From NCBI GenBank assembly GCA_016748015.1, contig JAAOMT010000034.1, positions 434,001 through 498,000 on the forward strand: a stretch of 64,000 bases of DNA. Reading direction: 5' to 3'. Of this stretch, positions 25,563-39,500 are shown piece after piece. Made by a program: the position numbers and the translations under genes. The notes below the pieces were generated by a model. That model had not been told where the DNA came from. It saw only the letters and a list, made by a program, of their open reading frames with translations, and did no database searches. Within the stretch, counting starts at the first letter, position 1. Each line of letters starts with the position of its first letter. Origin of the DNA: Geosiphon pyriformis uo1 (Eukaryota; Fungi; Glomeromycota).

Positions 25563-27430
25563 TTTTAATAAAAACATAAAAACCAAATTATAATTAATAA
25601 TATAAGTTTTTTTATTATATAATACTATAAAATTAAAAATATTATAAATAATAATACTTAATAAAAAAATATAAAACAGTATTTAATATTTATTTTTTGT
25701 GTTCTATATTTGTTTATTAATATTAGTTTTAATTATATATATTGAATTTTTATTTATAAAAATTAATTAATTAATAATTAATAATTTAATAATTGTATTA
25801 TTATTAAACTTTATTATAGTTTTTTGCTATAAATTAATAAACTATATCTTAATGAAAAAAATCTTGTTAAACTTAAAAAAAGCTATAAATAATGTTAATT
25901 TAAAAAATTTAATTAGAATTTTCTTAATAATTATTTTTAATTTAATTAAATATTAATTTTTTATAATAATCAAATTTTTTGTCTAATTTAAGCTTTATTT
26001 AAAAGTAAAAATTTTAAGAAATTAAGATTTTTTCAAAATTATTTATTTAATAAAAATTTTTTTTGCTAATAATTAATATATTAATATTTAATATAAATAA
26101 TTTAACTAATTCAAATTTTTTTATAGAAAAAACAATTTTAAACTCTAAAACAACTAAAATTAATAATAAAAATTTAATATATTATTATTATTTATATTGT
26201 TAATTAAAAATAAGTGTAATAATTTTATTAAATATATTTTTATTTAAGTTTAATATAAAGTTATATTATATTGCCTTTTAATTTATTTAAGATTACATAA
26301 TATGTTTTTTTACAATAAAGTTTTTTAAATTTAAAATATTTAAAATATTGTTAAAATTACTAATTTTATTATTTACTTTATTTTTTATAATTTAAGTATA
26401 TTAAAAATATTAAAATTTAATATATTTAAAATTAAAAAATTAATAAATAAGTTTATTATACTAGTTTTAAAAACAAATTTTTTTATTTTTTTATTTGTAC
26501 TTTATAAATATTTATTAATAAAAACCAATTCTTTTTAATATTATTATTGGAAATTTTTTTACTTTTTTTTAATATTATCAATATTATTTTGTTATTAATT
26601 CTGCTGTTAATAAAAGTTTATAAATCTTTAATAAGCTAATTTTTTTTAAAATATCTTTCTATACTTTAAACTATATATACTGTTAGATTTATAATAGAAT
26701 AACTAATTTTATGCTAATTATTTTATAGTAAAGTTATTTTTTTTATAAAAATGTTTTATCTGTAAGTTTTTTAATAATATATATAGTTATTTTGTTGTAA
26801 AAATTAACTTTTTTATAAGAAGTTTTGATTGTAAACTATTTAATAATATAAAAAAATAAAAGAAATAAATTAAAAAAATATAAAATAGATATTAAAATTA
26901 TGTTTTAAGAAAGTTATTTTTAATTTAAATTTAAAAGTATTAACAATTATTAAAATTAGTAATTAATTAATTCAAAATATTAGTTATAAATAAATGAATT
27001 TAAAACAATAATAATTGGAAATTTTTTGGGTTTTTAAAATGAGTTTTATTAAATTAATTTATAATAGCTAATTGTTAATTTTAATTGATATAAAAGATAA
27101 AAAATACATTTTTTCGAAGAAAAAAGTTTTTTTTTATACAATTTATTATAAAACTATTTAATATTTTAGTAATTAAAAATACATTTTGTTAAACTATAAA
27201 TTATTGATTATTTAATCAAATTTTAATTATTTTAACAAATTTTAAATATTATATAATTTAAAATATTGCATAATTTAATTATATTTGTGTTTTATATAAA
27301 TTAAGTTATTAATTGAATAATAATTTAGATAATTTAATAAAATAATAAGTAATAATTTAAAACAATAATATATATTAATTAATATTAAAAATTATAAAAA
27401 TAATTATATGTTAATTAATAATTTAAATTT
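25563..27430. other. extremely AT-rich tract, probably end-stage decayed repeats
   Basis: Almost no C or G and no ORFs. Similar tracts at ~34280-34600, 35525-36350, 46640-47250 and 48670-48960. Confidence 0.6.
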
Positions 27431-27555
27431 TTATTAGAAAAAAACTCTTTTTCTCCTTCATTCCAAATTCCTAAAAAAGAATCATATTTTGAAAGTAGTT
27501 TTTTGTTTTTCACTTGCTGTATCTTAACATTTCTCTTACAAATAATCCTTTTGTT

Positions 27556-29463
27556 ATGGACTTGAAAGCTGCTTTTGGCAGTAGTATGTCGAATAAAAAA
27601 GCTTCTGTTGGTGCTTCTTCTGGTTCTGTCGGTGATCCCTCCTCTCAAAAAAAAAGGGTTTCCCTTCGCCATATGAATTAGTCTGGTGATAGAAACAAAG
27701 CTGTTTTGGCCAAACCTCATTCTGGTAGGAGTCAATACTCAGATATGGAAAGTGATTCTGGTGACAGTGTTGCTGGTAGCATCTTGGCTGGTGGTGATGA
27801 TGGGTCTCTTCTTGGCTCAGCTGCAACAACTCCTAAGGCAAAGAGAGTTAAGAATAATTTGAACTGCGGCTCCCTTCTTGGTTCGTTAGATTACAACATG
27901 AATGGTGATGATGGCGGTCTTCTCCCTTCTCCTCTTGGTATTTCTTTAGAAAAAATGTGGTTGGATCCCAAAATTGTTAAATCTCAAGTGGAAGTTGCTG
28001 TTAAGAAGTCCTTTGCATTAGATATTAATCTCTCAGCTGTGGAAGGCAAATTGGTGACTGCAAAAACCCAATTGATCAGGAAATTGTTTTCAAAAATCAA
28101 TGGTTTTGGGGGGGCCACTACTCCTTCAAAATTTGAAGAGATCATCAGATCGACGTTTACATCATCAAAGAGCTTGGAAAAGACCACATCATTGGCCAAG
28201 GAAAATAACATCATAGTAAACAGCAATCTTAAGAGACAAGGAATTTGCTCAGATCGGGCTGTAGTAATCAAGAAAATTCCCATGAATATGCCAAAAGAAA
28301 TGATTATTGCCGCAGTATCCGAATATGGTCAGATTGTGTCTATCAAAGTTCAGTTAATTGGGTTGTGGCAGAAGACTGTAGTGGAGTTTGCCGAATCTAG
28401 CCAGACTGATCTGTTGACATCAAAATGGTCTTTTTTAGTTGAGAAAAATTCTGTGCGTGTGGCCAAGGCTGTGGAAGATCGTAAGACATGGGCTTTTAGG
28501 GATCAATTCAGGGCACTTCTGTTTACTTTGCCAGTAGGAATGACAGCTCATGATCTTGGGAATCTATTGGAAAGGGCTGGTGAGAAAACTTGTGTCATTA
28601 ATTATTCATTGGAGACTGGCAATAGAACACGCTGTGCTGTGGTATGTTTTGAATCTGATGAAGCTATGGAATCAGTTTTTTACACAGAGCCAATCTTTGG
28701 TGGAGTGAAACTCTCATGGGCTAGGTTGGATTTGGTTCACTATGAATGGTGTGGAAAGTTCAGTCATTCTGCCCTGGAATGTGATGCTGAAGTTGCATTA
28801 GTTTCTCAGTCACCCAAGTCATTTAAAAAGCCTGCTAACTTGAATACTCATCTCCAATTGGCCAAATTATATGCTAAAAAAAAGGTTTCGATCTCTCGTC
28901 CTGTCGCTTTTGGAGGCAAATCCTGGGCCCAAGTGGTCTCAGTTGCTTCGGTTTCTCGTGGTTCTCTTGGCGGCTCTGGTTCTGGTTCTCTGCTCTTTGG
29001 TGCTTCGAGTTCTGGTGGTACCCCTTCTCCTCTCTCTATGGTTGATGCCCCTTTGGGTGTGTGTTTGGCGCATCTGAAACGCTCTGTAGAGCTTTTATCT
29101 GATCAAATTTCGAACATTCTTCTTCGTTTTGACAATCTCAGTTTGGTGCCTTTAGCTCCTCTTTCTAATATGATTCCTCCAGTGAATACTCCTCAACTGT
29201 TTGTCTCTGGTTCTCTTATGGTGGCTAACTCTGACTTGGATTTCAACATGGTATTAGACATTCCTTTGACTCAACCCATTTCTTTCCCTTCTAGCAATGA
29301 TAATTCTCAATTGGGTCATAGCAGTTCCAAGGTGCTGACTTCTAAAGTTGGTGTTTTAGAGTCAAAGTTGGTTGCTCTCGATGCCTCCATTGATTCGATT
29401 TTGGCGAAGTTAGAGCAGATGTGTGCTGGTTTGGGTTCTTTGGTCCTCTCCTCATCTCAATGA
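27556..29463 (+). pseudogene. LINE ORF1 (RRM-like domains, decayed CCHC knuckle, C-terminal coiled coil)
   Basis: ATG 27556 is in frame with ORF 27706 across a single TAG (27679). RRM-like AVVIKKIP...SEYGQI...VVEF and knuckle (C>Y)EWCGKFSHSALEC. Confidence 0.85.
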
Positions 29464-32400
29464 CCAGTTATATTTGGAAAATTGCCACGTGCAATGTTAG
29501 GGGTATGAACAATCCTGCGAAACAGAAGGATATTATTCATTGGCATAGAAAAATAAACAATATGATTTCAATTGTTATTGAGACTAAGTTGAAAGATGGG
29601 GTTCGCCCTTGGATTATGAACAAGTTTGTTGGCATTTGGGTTTTTACTTCTGGTTTGAGTTCTGGTCACATGGGTTCTGGAGTTGCAATTATTATGAACA
29701 ATTTCTTGGCTCGGCATGTGTGTAAGGTTTTAAACATTCCTGGCCAGTTTCTTTCTGTTAAGCTTCTCTTCAAAAATAAACTGTCTGTGTTAATTTTGGG
29801 ACTATATGCTGGATCATCTTTGGCAGTATGTTTCTCTTAGGTGGATGATATTAATTCTTTGATCACGAGGGCAGTAAATGAGTCTTCCTTTATCATTTTG
29901 GGTGGTAACTTCAATGAAGATGGTTCTCGCAAAAGTGTCAGCTTAAAAAAATGCTTTGATTTGGGTTTGGTCAACTCTTTGAGTGGAAGCTTGTTTGGAA
30001 AGGATGCTACGTGGAACAATTCTCGTGGAGTGGCTAAAGTTATTGATTATGTGTTTGTGTTGTCAAGTCTTGTTAATGCAATTTTAGATCGTGATGTGTC
30101 TGGTGTCAAAGAGTATTTTGACACTGATCATAAAGCTGTTTCTGTCTCTGTGGATCTTGGTGGTTTGCTGGATGTGCAGTTAAACTCATTGTGCAATCAA
30201 GCGAATAAGGATCATTGGAAGTACAATTTTGTGAATGCTGGTGATGCCGATTGGATCAAGTTTAAAGAGGATACTTCGGCGAATGCTGCCATGCTCCATG
30301 ATGAATTTTATGCTGCCAAGATATGTTTGGACCTGGACACAATATGGAGTTACCTTCACCAAGTGGTGTGTTTGTCAGCTGAGAACATTTTCAAAAAAAA
30401 ATGGTTTAAGAGTTTTGACAGTGTCTATAATAGAGTATTATCCAGATTTCACAAATTAGAACTTTTGGTGTCAAAGATTGTCAAAGCCTCTCGTCTGGTC
30501 TCTCATGAGGAATTTGTTTCTCTACTTAACACATAGAAGGAAATTGATACTGCTAATGCTTCTGTTGTGGAGTCTCTCTTTCTTTCGGGTTCTCATTTTG
30601 ATGCCATTTGTTCAGCTTTGGCCAGGATAAGGAAATCTTACCGTTCATCTAAGTTGTCAGAATCAAATCATGCCAAAGAATCCCAGATCAAGTCGGCAAT
30701 TGACAAGAGGATGGAGAGTTTTGAGTTGAACAAAGATCATACTGTACGTAGTGTTTTGGAACAACCCTTCCACAAGGTAGTTTTAAATCATTTGGTAGTG
30801 GGAGATGAGCTGGTGTTGGATCCTGCTCCTGTGAAGTCTAAGGTGGATGAGATTATGGAAGGCTGAACTAGAAAGTGAAGGGTGGTGCTCGACGTTAATG
30901 ATGAGTGGTCTTACCAGTATTGTCCTTTAGATTATGTTTTCGACGAAGCTTTTTCTGGTGTAATGGGTGTAATCGACTTCGACGAATTGTTTAAAGTTGT
31001 TTCCAACCTGCTGGATGACAAAGCTGCTGGCCTTTCAGGTATCTCGAATGAGCTTTGGAAACATTGCGATATTTCAGTCCTTAATATGCTCTTGGTGCTT
31101 TTGAACTCTTGCCTGTCTAAGGAATCTGTTTCTGGCCCTTGGAGAGAAGCTTGGGTTTCGATGATTCCCAAACCGTATGAATGAGAGGGTGTTCTTACAA
31201 ATACTCATCCTATTGCACTAATTGAGACAGCTCGCAAGATTCTCTCCAAAATACTCTCAGACAGGATTTCTTCAGCATGCAGCACTTATGATGTTCTTCA
31301 TGGTGACAATTTTTCGGTTTTGAAAGGTATGACGACACAGTCTCCCATTTTTGCAATTGGTTTGGTTGTTAAAAATGCTCTGAAAAAAAACCAAGAGCTT
31401 TGGCTGGTCTTGCAGGATATGAGGAAGGCATATGATTCTGTTGGCTGGGAGCATTTGGAGAAGTGTTTGGTCAGAATTAAAATGTGTGACAAGTTTATTC
31501 GGTTTTTTGGCAGCATTCACAGAGGTTGCACTAATCGAGTCATGACAGATTTTGGTTTGACAGATGATTATCGTGTCCATGATGGTTTAAATCAAGGAGA
31601 GGTCTTTTTTCCCCTCCTGTGGCACATTTTTTATGATCCTCTTTTGTGCGAAGTCAAGTGTCAGAAGAGTGTCTGTGAGTATAGGCTAATTTCTCATTTT
31701 GTTTCCAAGGGTGGTCATGTCGAATTGCAAGCTAGACTTTCTTCCTATTTTGCCGCTGGTGCCTTTGTTGATGATACAATTTGGGTTGGTAGTAGTCAGA
31801 GAGCTACTCAACACATTTTGGACATTGCTAATGAGTTTTTTTGGATTAATGACATCTCAATAAACAATGACAAGACAGTAACTATTCCTATCAATTGTAA
31901 AGTTGGAAATTCCGCTCTTTTCATTAGTGGTTCACCTATCTCTGTTGCCAAAAAAGGTGAATCCCATCAGTATTTGGGCATATTTCTGTCAACTGAGGGC
32001 CTTTCCAAACCCAGTTTAGCTAAGGTACATTCGGATGTTCGTTTTTTTACAAATTTGGTTCTGAAAAAAGCTATTTTAGATAAACAGTTCTTATATTTGG
32101 TCTCAGCAGTTCTCCAACCTATAATTAGCTACAGAACACAATTTAACTTTGTTCCTATAGGCATTTGCAACAAGTGGGATGCTATAATTCATAAGGGCCT
32201 GAAGCTCAAATCTGGACTTCCGCTTGACTTTCCTAGTGATTCGATTTACCACCCCTCCTTTTATGATTTGAGATCTTTCCTGCAGATTCAGTCTGAAGGC
32301 AAGGTTGCTTCTTTTATTAATTTTGCCAACTCTGGTGAGATTGTAGGACATTTGTTCTCTCATAAGTCTCATGACCTGCAGGTTTTATGTTGGCGCCCTA

Positions 32401-34148
32401 TTCATCCGTTGAGTTCTCCTGTTCACATTCATGTTAGCGTCTCTAATAATTTTTTGGCGGGTGTGATTCGCATGCTTTATAATTGCAAATTGTCATTGGG
32501 TGGATTCTTTCCCAATTCCTTTCATGCCAATAGTGAGACACCCATGTCGACTGTTTTGGGTGAATCAGTTTTCTCTAGGTGTCTCCCTTCGCTTTGGCAG
32601 TATGGTGTGGCCTTTGTGGACCAACTTCGTGATCATTATGATACTGTCTTTGATTGGTTCACATTTAAGCGATGGAAGAAACTGGACACCCGTGGCCCTA
32701 TTCCTGAGTGGTTTAGACTTTCTGCTGTGTTTTTTGCTAGTAAGGATTCCTCTCCTGCCCGCATCCCTCTTCTTGCTAATATTGGTCCCTTGAACATTCT
32801 GGGTTCCTCTGGTTTTGTGTCTGTCTGTGATTGTTTTTTGCAAGTCAATACAAAGGTGCTATTGGTCTATACTGATGGGTCATTAAGAAATTTGGGTACG
32901 GTTGGCTGTGAAACAGGTGCTGCGGCCTTTTTCAAGGACATTGGTGTGGGTTTGGGTGTTGGCGTGTTTGGGTTGATGTCATCTACTATGGCTGAGTTAC
33001 AAGCAATTGCGTTGGCTCTCGAGTGTGTTTCTATTTTTAGTGTTGTTCATTTATTTTCGGATAGTCAGTCTGCTTTGGATGCTTGCAAATCGGAATTGGG
33101 TCTGGTGTTTCCTGATTTCTGTAATCGGTGTTGGGTTGAGTGTCAGCACATTGCCAACGTCATTTACAGTAAGGGCCTAAGAGTTAACTGGCACAAAGTC
33201 AAAGATCATTCTGGAATTTTGGGAAATGAGCATGCTGATGTGATTGCCGGTGCTGTTTTTGTTTCTAACTGGTTTCTTCCTCCTCGTCTGGATGAACACT
33301 TTTTGATGGCTGATGGCAACGTTGTTTCTGGCAATTCAAGGCACTTCATCCGTGACATTTTTCATGCCATGTATTATGTGCATTGGGAGGTGGGGTCTGG
33401 TTCTAAATTTTTGTCTGTCGACTTGTGTGCTGATGTTGATTGGTCCCGCTCTTCTTTGGTGTGGCATCCTGATTTGCATATGGCCACCAGTTTCACTAAC
33501 AAGAGTTTGGCTAATGTATGCTCTTATTTTATAAAGGCTTTGCATCATCGGTTGCCTGTGGCTGTTTGAAAATGGCTTTATAATAGACTTTATCCCAGTG
33601 TGTTGTGTTTATATTGTGGTGATATAGAGGTGTCGGATCATGTTTTTTCTTGTAAGGTCGATGATTCTGCTTGGCGTCAGTTGTTGGATTCTTACATGAA
33701 CTCTTGGGAAACACTTTCTGGTTCTTCTGTTTCTTCTTTAGTTTTGTTGCAGTTGTTGTTGTCTTGTGTTTCAGGGTTCTCAGTGTCTATGGCTCTCCAT
33801 AAGGGTTTTGTTTTTGATAAATGGTTCAGTGAAGCTGTTTTTGTCTTCCATAATCCCAAGGTGGCATGTTTGGAGGTCATTAATTTTGCACGTTTTCTTG
33901 GTCTCGCTTTTAGAGATGAGATCTGGTTGGTTCGGGCCAAATACTGTGCCTATATAGAAAAGCATAAACTGATTCCTTTAGATGGTTTATCTTCTATTTC
34001 GGTCTCTGGTTTGACTTCATGGCTTTCTGCTGGTGTGGTTGATTTGCTTGGTATTGATGAAGCTTTTGGTGTGCATTTTAGTTTTTGCAAGTCTTGTATG
34101 TTTTTTTCTGGCATTGGTAATTCATCTTCTGTTTATATAACTGTGTAG
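29460..34148 (+). pseudogene. LINE ORF2 (~1560 codons): AP endonuclease, reverse transcriptase, RNase H, C-terminal zinc knuckle
   Basis: All fragments are in one frame. APE: TCNVRG, ETK, LGGNFN, IDYVF, TDHKAV. RT: QDMRKAYDSV, QGE, AFVDDT, YLGI. RNase H: YTDGS, AELQAI, SDSQS, KDHSGILGNEHAD. Knuckle: CLYCG...HVFSC. Confidence 0.93.
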
Positions 34149-34605
34149 TATTGTTCTGACTGGCCCGAATGGCTGGTCACGTGTAGAAAGTGCATGATTC
34201 ATGCCTAGTTTAGATCATTTCTTTGATGTATAGTGCTAGGTTGTGTGTGGACCTCACTTATTAAATAAAAAAATAAATTTATTAGTAATAATACTTAAAT
34301 AGGTTTTTATATTAGTTTTTTTTTGTTTATAATTTTAATAAAAATTTTTATTAATATAAATAAAAATATATTAACAGAAATAGTTTATATAAATATTGAA
34401 TAATAAAAAAATAAAGTAAAATAATTTTGTAATTTTTTATATTCTTAAGATTAATAAATAAACAGCTTAATAAAATTATAAAAAACATAAAATTTTTAAA
34501 AAAAACAAATTTAAAAATTTATATAAAAATTTTAAACATTATATATTTAGATATTTAAAAATTTTAACTATTATAAAAAAGCTAAAATATTTACATAAAA
34601 TTTGG

Positions 34606-35515
34606 TTTTTTTTTATTTTTTTTATTTTTTTTAACGAGTGAAATCCAAATGCGACCTAGTGCTATACATCATACAAATGATCCAAACTAGGTGTGAATTA
34701 TGTACTATCTACACGTGACCAGCCATTCAGGCCAGTCAGGACTACATTATACACCTATATGTACAGAAACTGGATCTCCAATACCTGAAAAAAATGAACA
34801 AAACTTATGAAACCCGAAACCAACTCCAAAAGCCTTAGCCACCCCCAACAATCTGACCACACCAGCCAAAAACACCATAGGCAAACCAGAAACTGAAGCA
34901 GGAGCGGAGCCATCACGTAGAATCAAACCATGCTTTTCAATAAACACTCGGTGTCTGGTCCGGACCAACCAAACATCATCCTGAAAAGCTAGACAAAATT
35001 CATGCACAAAGCTCACAATCTTCTTAGCACCCTCCTTAGAATCTTTAAAGACCAAGACAGACTCACAAAACCATTCATCGAAAACAAAGCCCTTACACAG
35101 AGCAACACCAATTCCAACCTCAGAAACACAAAAAGCCAAGGCCTGTAAGACACATAAAAAAGAGCGAGAAAGACCAAAAAGAGCCTCCCAAGCTGAAGCA
35201 TGTGCACCCAACAAACAAGCATGGCCAACGGCATCCTGAGGACACGAAAAGACATGATCCAAAGTCTCAATGTCACCACAAAACAGACAGACCACACTGA
35301 GGTATTTTCTATCATATAAACGCTTGCGCACAGCAACAGGAAGCTGATAATAGAGAGCCTTCATAAAGTAAGTATGACAGCCTGCCGTGCGCATGCTGGT
35401 AAAACCAGATGCCAAGTGAGAATCGGGGTGCCACACCATAGAAGACTTAGACCAATTGATATCAGCATGCAAACTATCATCCACAACACGAGAACCCACT
35501 CCAATCTTCCAACAA
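34606..35515 (-). mobile_element. 5'-truncated LINE of a sister subfamily with poly(A) tail
   Basis: ORF 34747-35499 is homologous to the ORF2 C-terminus and has the same 3' UTR. T-rich tail at 34606-34632; candidate TSD ttggtttttt at ~34602 and ~35516. Confidence 0.9.
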
Positions 35516-36571
35516 TTGGTTTTTTGATTTAAAATTAATATTATTATGGCTATTATATCAAAATTTTAACAAGTAATTAATTTTAAATTAAAAAATTTCA
35601 AATAATTTTATTTATTAAAGTTTATTTAATCATATTTAATTATATGTATTAATTATTTTATTTTTAGAAATAATTATTAATATAATTATTAACTTAATTA
35701 TTAATTTTTTTAAAATATATAAACAAAATTTTTTAAAGTTGTAAAAGTAATTTTAAATTAAAATTTAAAACAAAAATTATTTTTACTTGGATTTTTTATT
35801 ATTTTTTAGATTTTGTAAAATATATTAAATAAATATTTACTAAAAAATATAAATAATACTTGATATTAAAATTTAAAAGTATTAACATAAAACATAAAAT
35901 TATATTAATATATAATTTTTATTAATAATATAAACTATTTTTCTACTTTTTAATTTTTTTATTGTTTTTTAAAAAGAATAATAATTAAAATATTTATGAA
36001 ATTAATCTTATATATTAAATTTTTATAAATTTAATTTATTTATTAAGTCAAATTTACTTTTAATTATTTAAATTATTATATAATAGTATTATTTTTTGTT
36101 ATTTATTAGCATGTTATATTTAATTATAACAGTATATTAAAGTAAAAAAAAAATTTATTAAGAAATTTTAAAAATTAAATTAAATAACAAAAAATAAGTG
36201 CATTATTATAATTAGTTATATATATATAAATTTTTATTATAAAACATATATATATTGTAATTAAATAAATTTTTATATTAAAAAAAAATTTATAAGTATA
36301 ACATTTTTATTTTGAAGGTTATTAATTAACTTAATTAATAATTATTAGTTGCAAAATATTTTGTTTGTGCAATTATTGGATCATTATCCCTGAGATTTAG
36401 GGTTGATTTTCATTGATTTTCCGATCGGATTCAAAACGAAATCCAGAATGGTAGTTACATTTTATAGCACCATCCTTAAACTTAAATCTTAGGAAGGGCT
36501 CTTGAAACAGACTTTTTTTTGAAGTTCTCTTTGCTCGTTGCTTCATTACTTCGTAGAAAGAGGTTTAAAAT

Positions 36572-39500
36572 ATGGCCACAATTACTAAGCCGTTCGTTGG
36601 CGCGAGATGTGTAACTCACCATCAAAAAGGAGTCATTCGTTATGTTGGTACCACCGCGTTTGCCCCCGGTAAATGGATAGGAGTAGAATTAGATGAAGAG
36701 GATGGCAAAAACGACGGCTCAGTCGGCGGGAAACAATATTTTGAATGTAAACCTAATCACGGTGTCTTTGTGAGAGCCTCTCAAATCAGAACCATTATTA
36801 CTTCAGATACCCCGTCATCAAGTCAGGTTTTATGATTCCAAGTGTTGTTCAAATTGCTTTTACAAATTATTCGGCAACTTTAAGCAAGGCTTAAATTCTT
36901 AATGAAATCTCGAATTTATTATAATAACTTCTGGTTCAAATATTCTCAAGCCTCCATCCTCCGAAGTTATACCTGGTCCACGTTTTGCACCTGCAAACGA
37001 TCCAAATATGAATGATCCTAGGGGACGCCTTCGGTCACCAACAATGGTTTCAAATACTACGCTTCCGACTCGAATAAACACATCTGGTGGTTCTATAAAA
37101 TCCTCAAATATGAAGCCACCCGGTTCACCAACAAGTATTAGGACAAGCTTTACACACTCGAAAACCCCAAGTACTCCCACCTTTCCGAAACAGACTCCAA
37201 TGAATTTAGATGTTGTCAGTGTCGATGTAAAACGAATGGATAGTGACGCTGGCTATGTAACATTGGACAATATGGAAGATGATTCTGAGCCTTTTGAGGA
37301 AATTCAATATGATGAGCCCATGGATATATCTGAGACACCTCATAGACCACTTGAAACGTCTACGCTACCTGATCCATTTTCATTACAAGACTCTACTTCG
37401 CGTGAACAGGTTTTATAAAAATTTCCACAGAATCTCTTTATCTATAGAAATTTACTCATGGGAAATTAATGACAAAAATTTTTAACAGTTCATCCCTTTT
37501 AAAGATTACGATGAGCTTCGAATGAAATTGAAAATAATGGAAAATAAGCGGCAAGAAGACAGGGAAAAAATTCGAGAGGCTGAAATGAAAAAGCAAGAAG
37601 CTGATCAATTTTTAAGCGTTAAACCAAAACTTCAAGGTTTGATAAAACATATTTCAACCGTTGCTTAATATAAATATTTATTTTAACATTATTTAATTTG
37701 TGGTTTCAAAGCCAAAATGGCTGACATGCAACAAGAATTGCGTGATTTAAAGAAACAATTGAAGGATGCTCAAGGAGAAAAAGAACTTTACGAAAACAAG
37801 TATAATGAGGCTGTGGAGTCGATGGAAATGATGACTCTTGATAAAGAGATGGCCGAAGCGAAGGCTGATAATCTACAGCACGAAGTTAATCTCTTGAAAG
37901 AAAAAATCGAAGAAATTAGCGTAGATTTAAACGTTTTCAAACAAGAAGGAGGTAGAGTGATGCAAAAAAAGCTCAAAAATGACTTTAGCTAAATATTTAT
38001 CACTTACATTTTTGATGTAACATTATATGAAATACCATAGATCTCTTAAACCATGCTGAAGGTAATGGTGATGGAAGATCGGCTGTGGAAATAATTCAAC
38101 TTGAACGACAGAACGAAAGGTTAAAGGAAGCCCTCGTTAGGTAACCCTCTTTCACTTGAAAATCGTTAAAATTTCAAGCATCAAAATATTCTTAGTTAAA
38201 AATTAGTTCTTCAATAGACTTCGAGATGTAACGAGTGAGCAAGAATCAGAATTAAACAGAAAAATAAAATCATTAGAGAAAGAACTATCCTCTCTTCAGG
38301 ATATACAAGGCAAGTTACTTTTTTTACGTATTTTTGAATTTACCTTTACTGTCAGCTCATGAGACTTATAATTCTTTTAGTTCAACATGACCAGTTGAAA
38401 AATCACATGAAGGTAGCTGAAAGCCAGATTGATGACTTAAAGACTAGATTGGATGATGTCTTGAATGCTGATGACATGCTTGAACAGCTAACAGAAAAGA
38501 ATTTGGCTATGGGAGATGTAGGTTTTAGCAAATTCATGTTTATATAAAATCTTTGTGAACTCCCAATGCTCAAATTTAGTTTATTTCAGAAATTGGAAGA
38601 AATGCGGATGACAATTGAAGATCTTGAAGCTTTAAAAGAATTGAATGACGAACTCGAAGAAAGTCACATAGAGAACGAGAAGCAACTTCAAACAGAAATT
38701 GGTTGGTCTTCGTAAATATCTTTCATTCTAACAAAAGTCTAATTCTTAAATTCAACTTGATACAACATAGATCACAAGGATAGTCTCATTAGGGAATACT
38801 TGAAACGTATCGAGTCAGCAGATGAAACAAATGCTGACTATGAGAATACCATCAGCCAATTTCGTGAGCTTGTCGCAAATTTACAGAGGTATTATTTTCA
38901 CATACTCTGTGATAATTTTATTGACAAGTTATCTGATTGGATTAATTTCCTTTAGTGACCTTGATCAAACTCGACAAAAAGAAGAAAGTCAATATTCAGA
39001 ATCGAAAAATCTAAGTAGTCAATCACAGACTATGCTTGACTTAACTTTCAAACTGCAATCCACCGTCATGAAGGCCCAAGCGAAGCAGATTGATCTTGAA
39101 CTTCGAAAACTCGATGCAATTCAAGCATCTGACAACTTGGCTTATGTACAGGTAGATATGGAAACTATATATACTATCAATGGACATAATATATATAAAT
39201 TCAAATTATATACTCATATAAATAATCTTCTGCCAACAGCCTTACCTCCCTGATTCCTTCTTTAGCACTGAAAATGATTCCATTCGTTGTTTGCTTCTCC
39301 TCAAACGTCTAGTCTTCAAATCTGAATTAATAATTAAGCAACTTGATCAAATTCATGACATACCCGAAAAACTCAAGACAACAGTACCAGAGGAATTAAT
39401 AGCCGTATGCGAAGTAAGGGTTTCTATTAATACTTAAACAGAGATAATTGGACATATTATTTGTCTCGCAATTTCTATTAACGGTTAATTTTTGTTTCGT

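Larger units (their letters stand above)
27438..34275 (+). mobile_element. near full-length LINE (ORF1 + APE-RT-RNase H-CCHC ORF2), inactivated by nonsense mutations only
   Basis: Two ORFs overlapping at ATGA, a ~115-nt 3' UTR and an A-rich tail. Weak candidate TSD aaattt(tt)attag. The 5' boundary is approximate. Confidence 0.92.
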
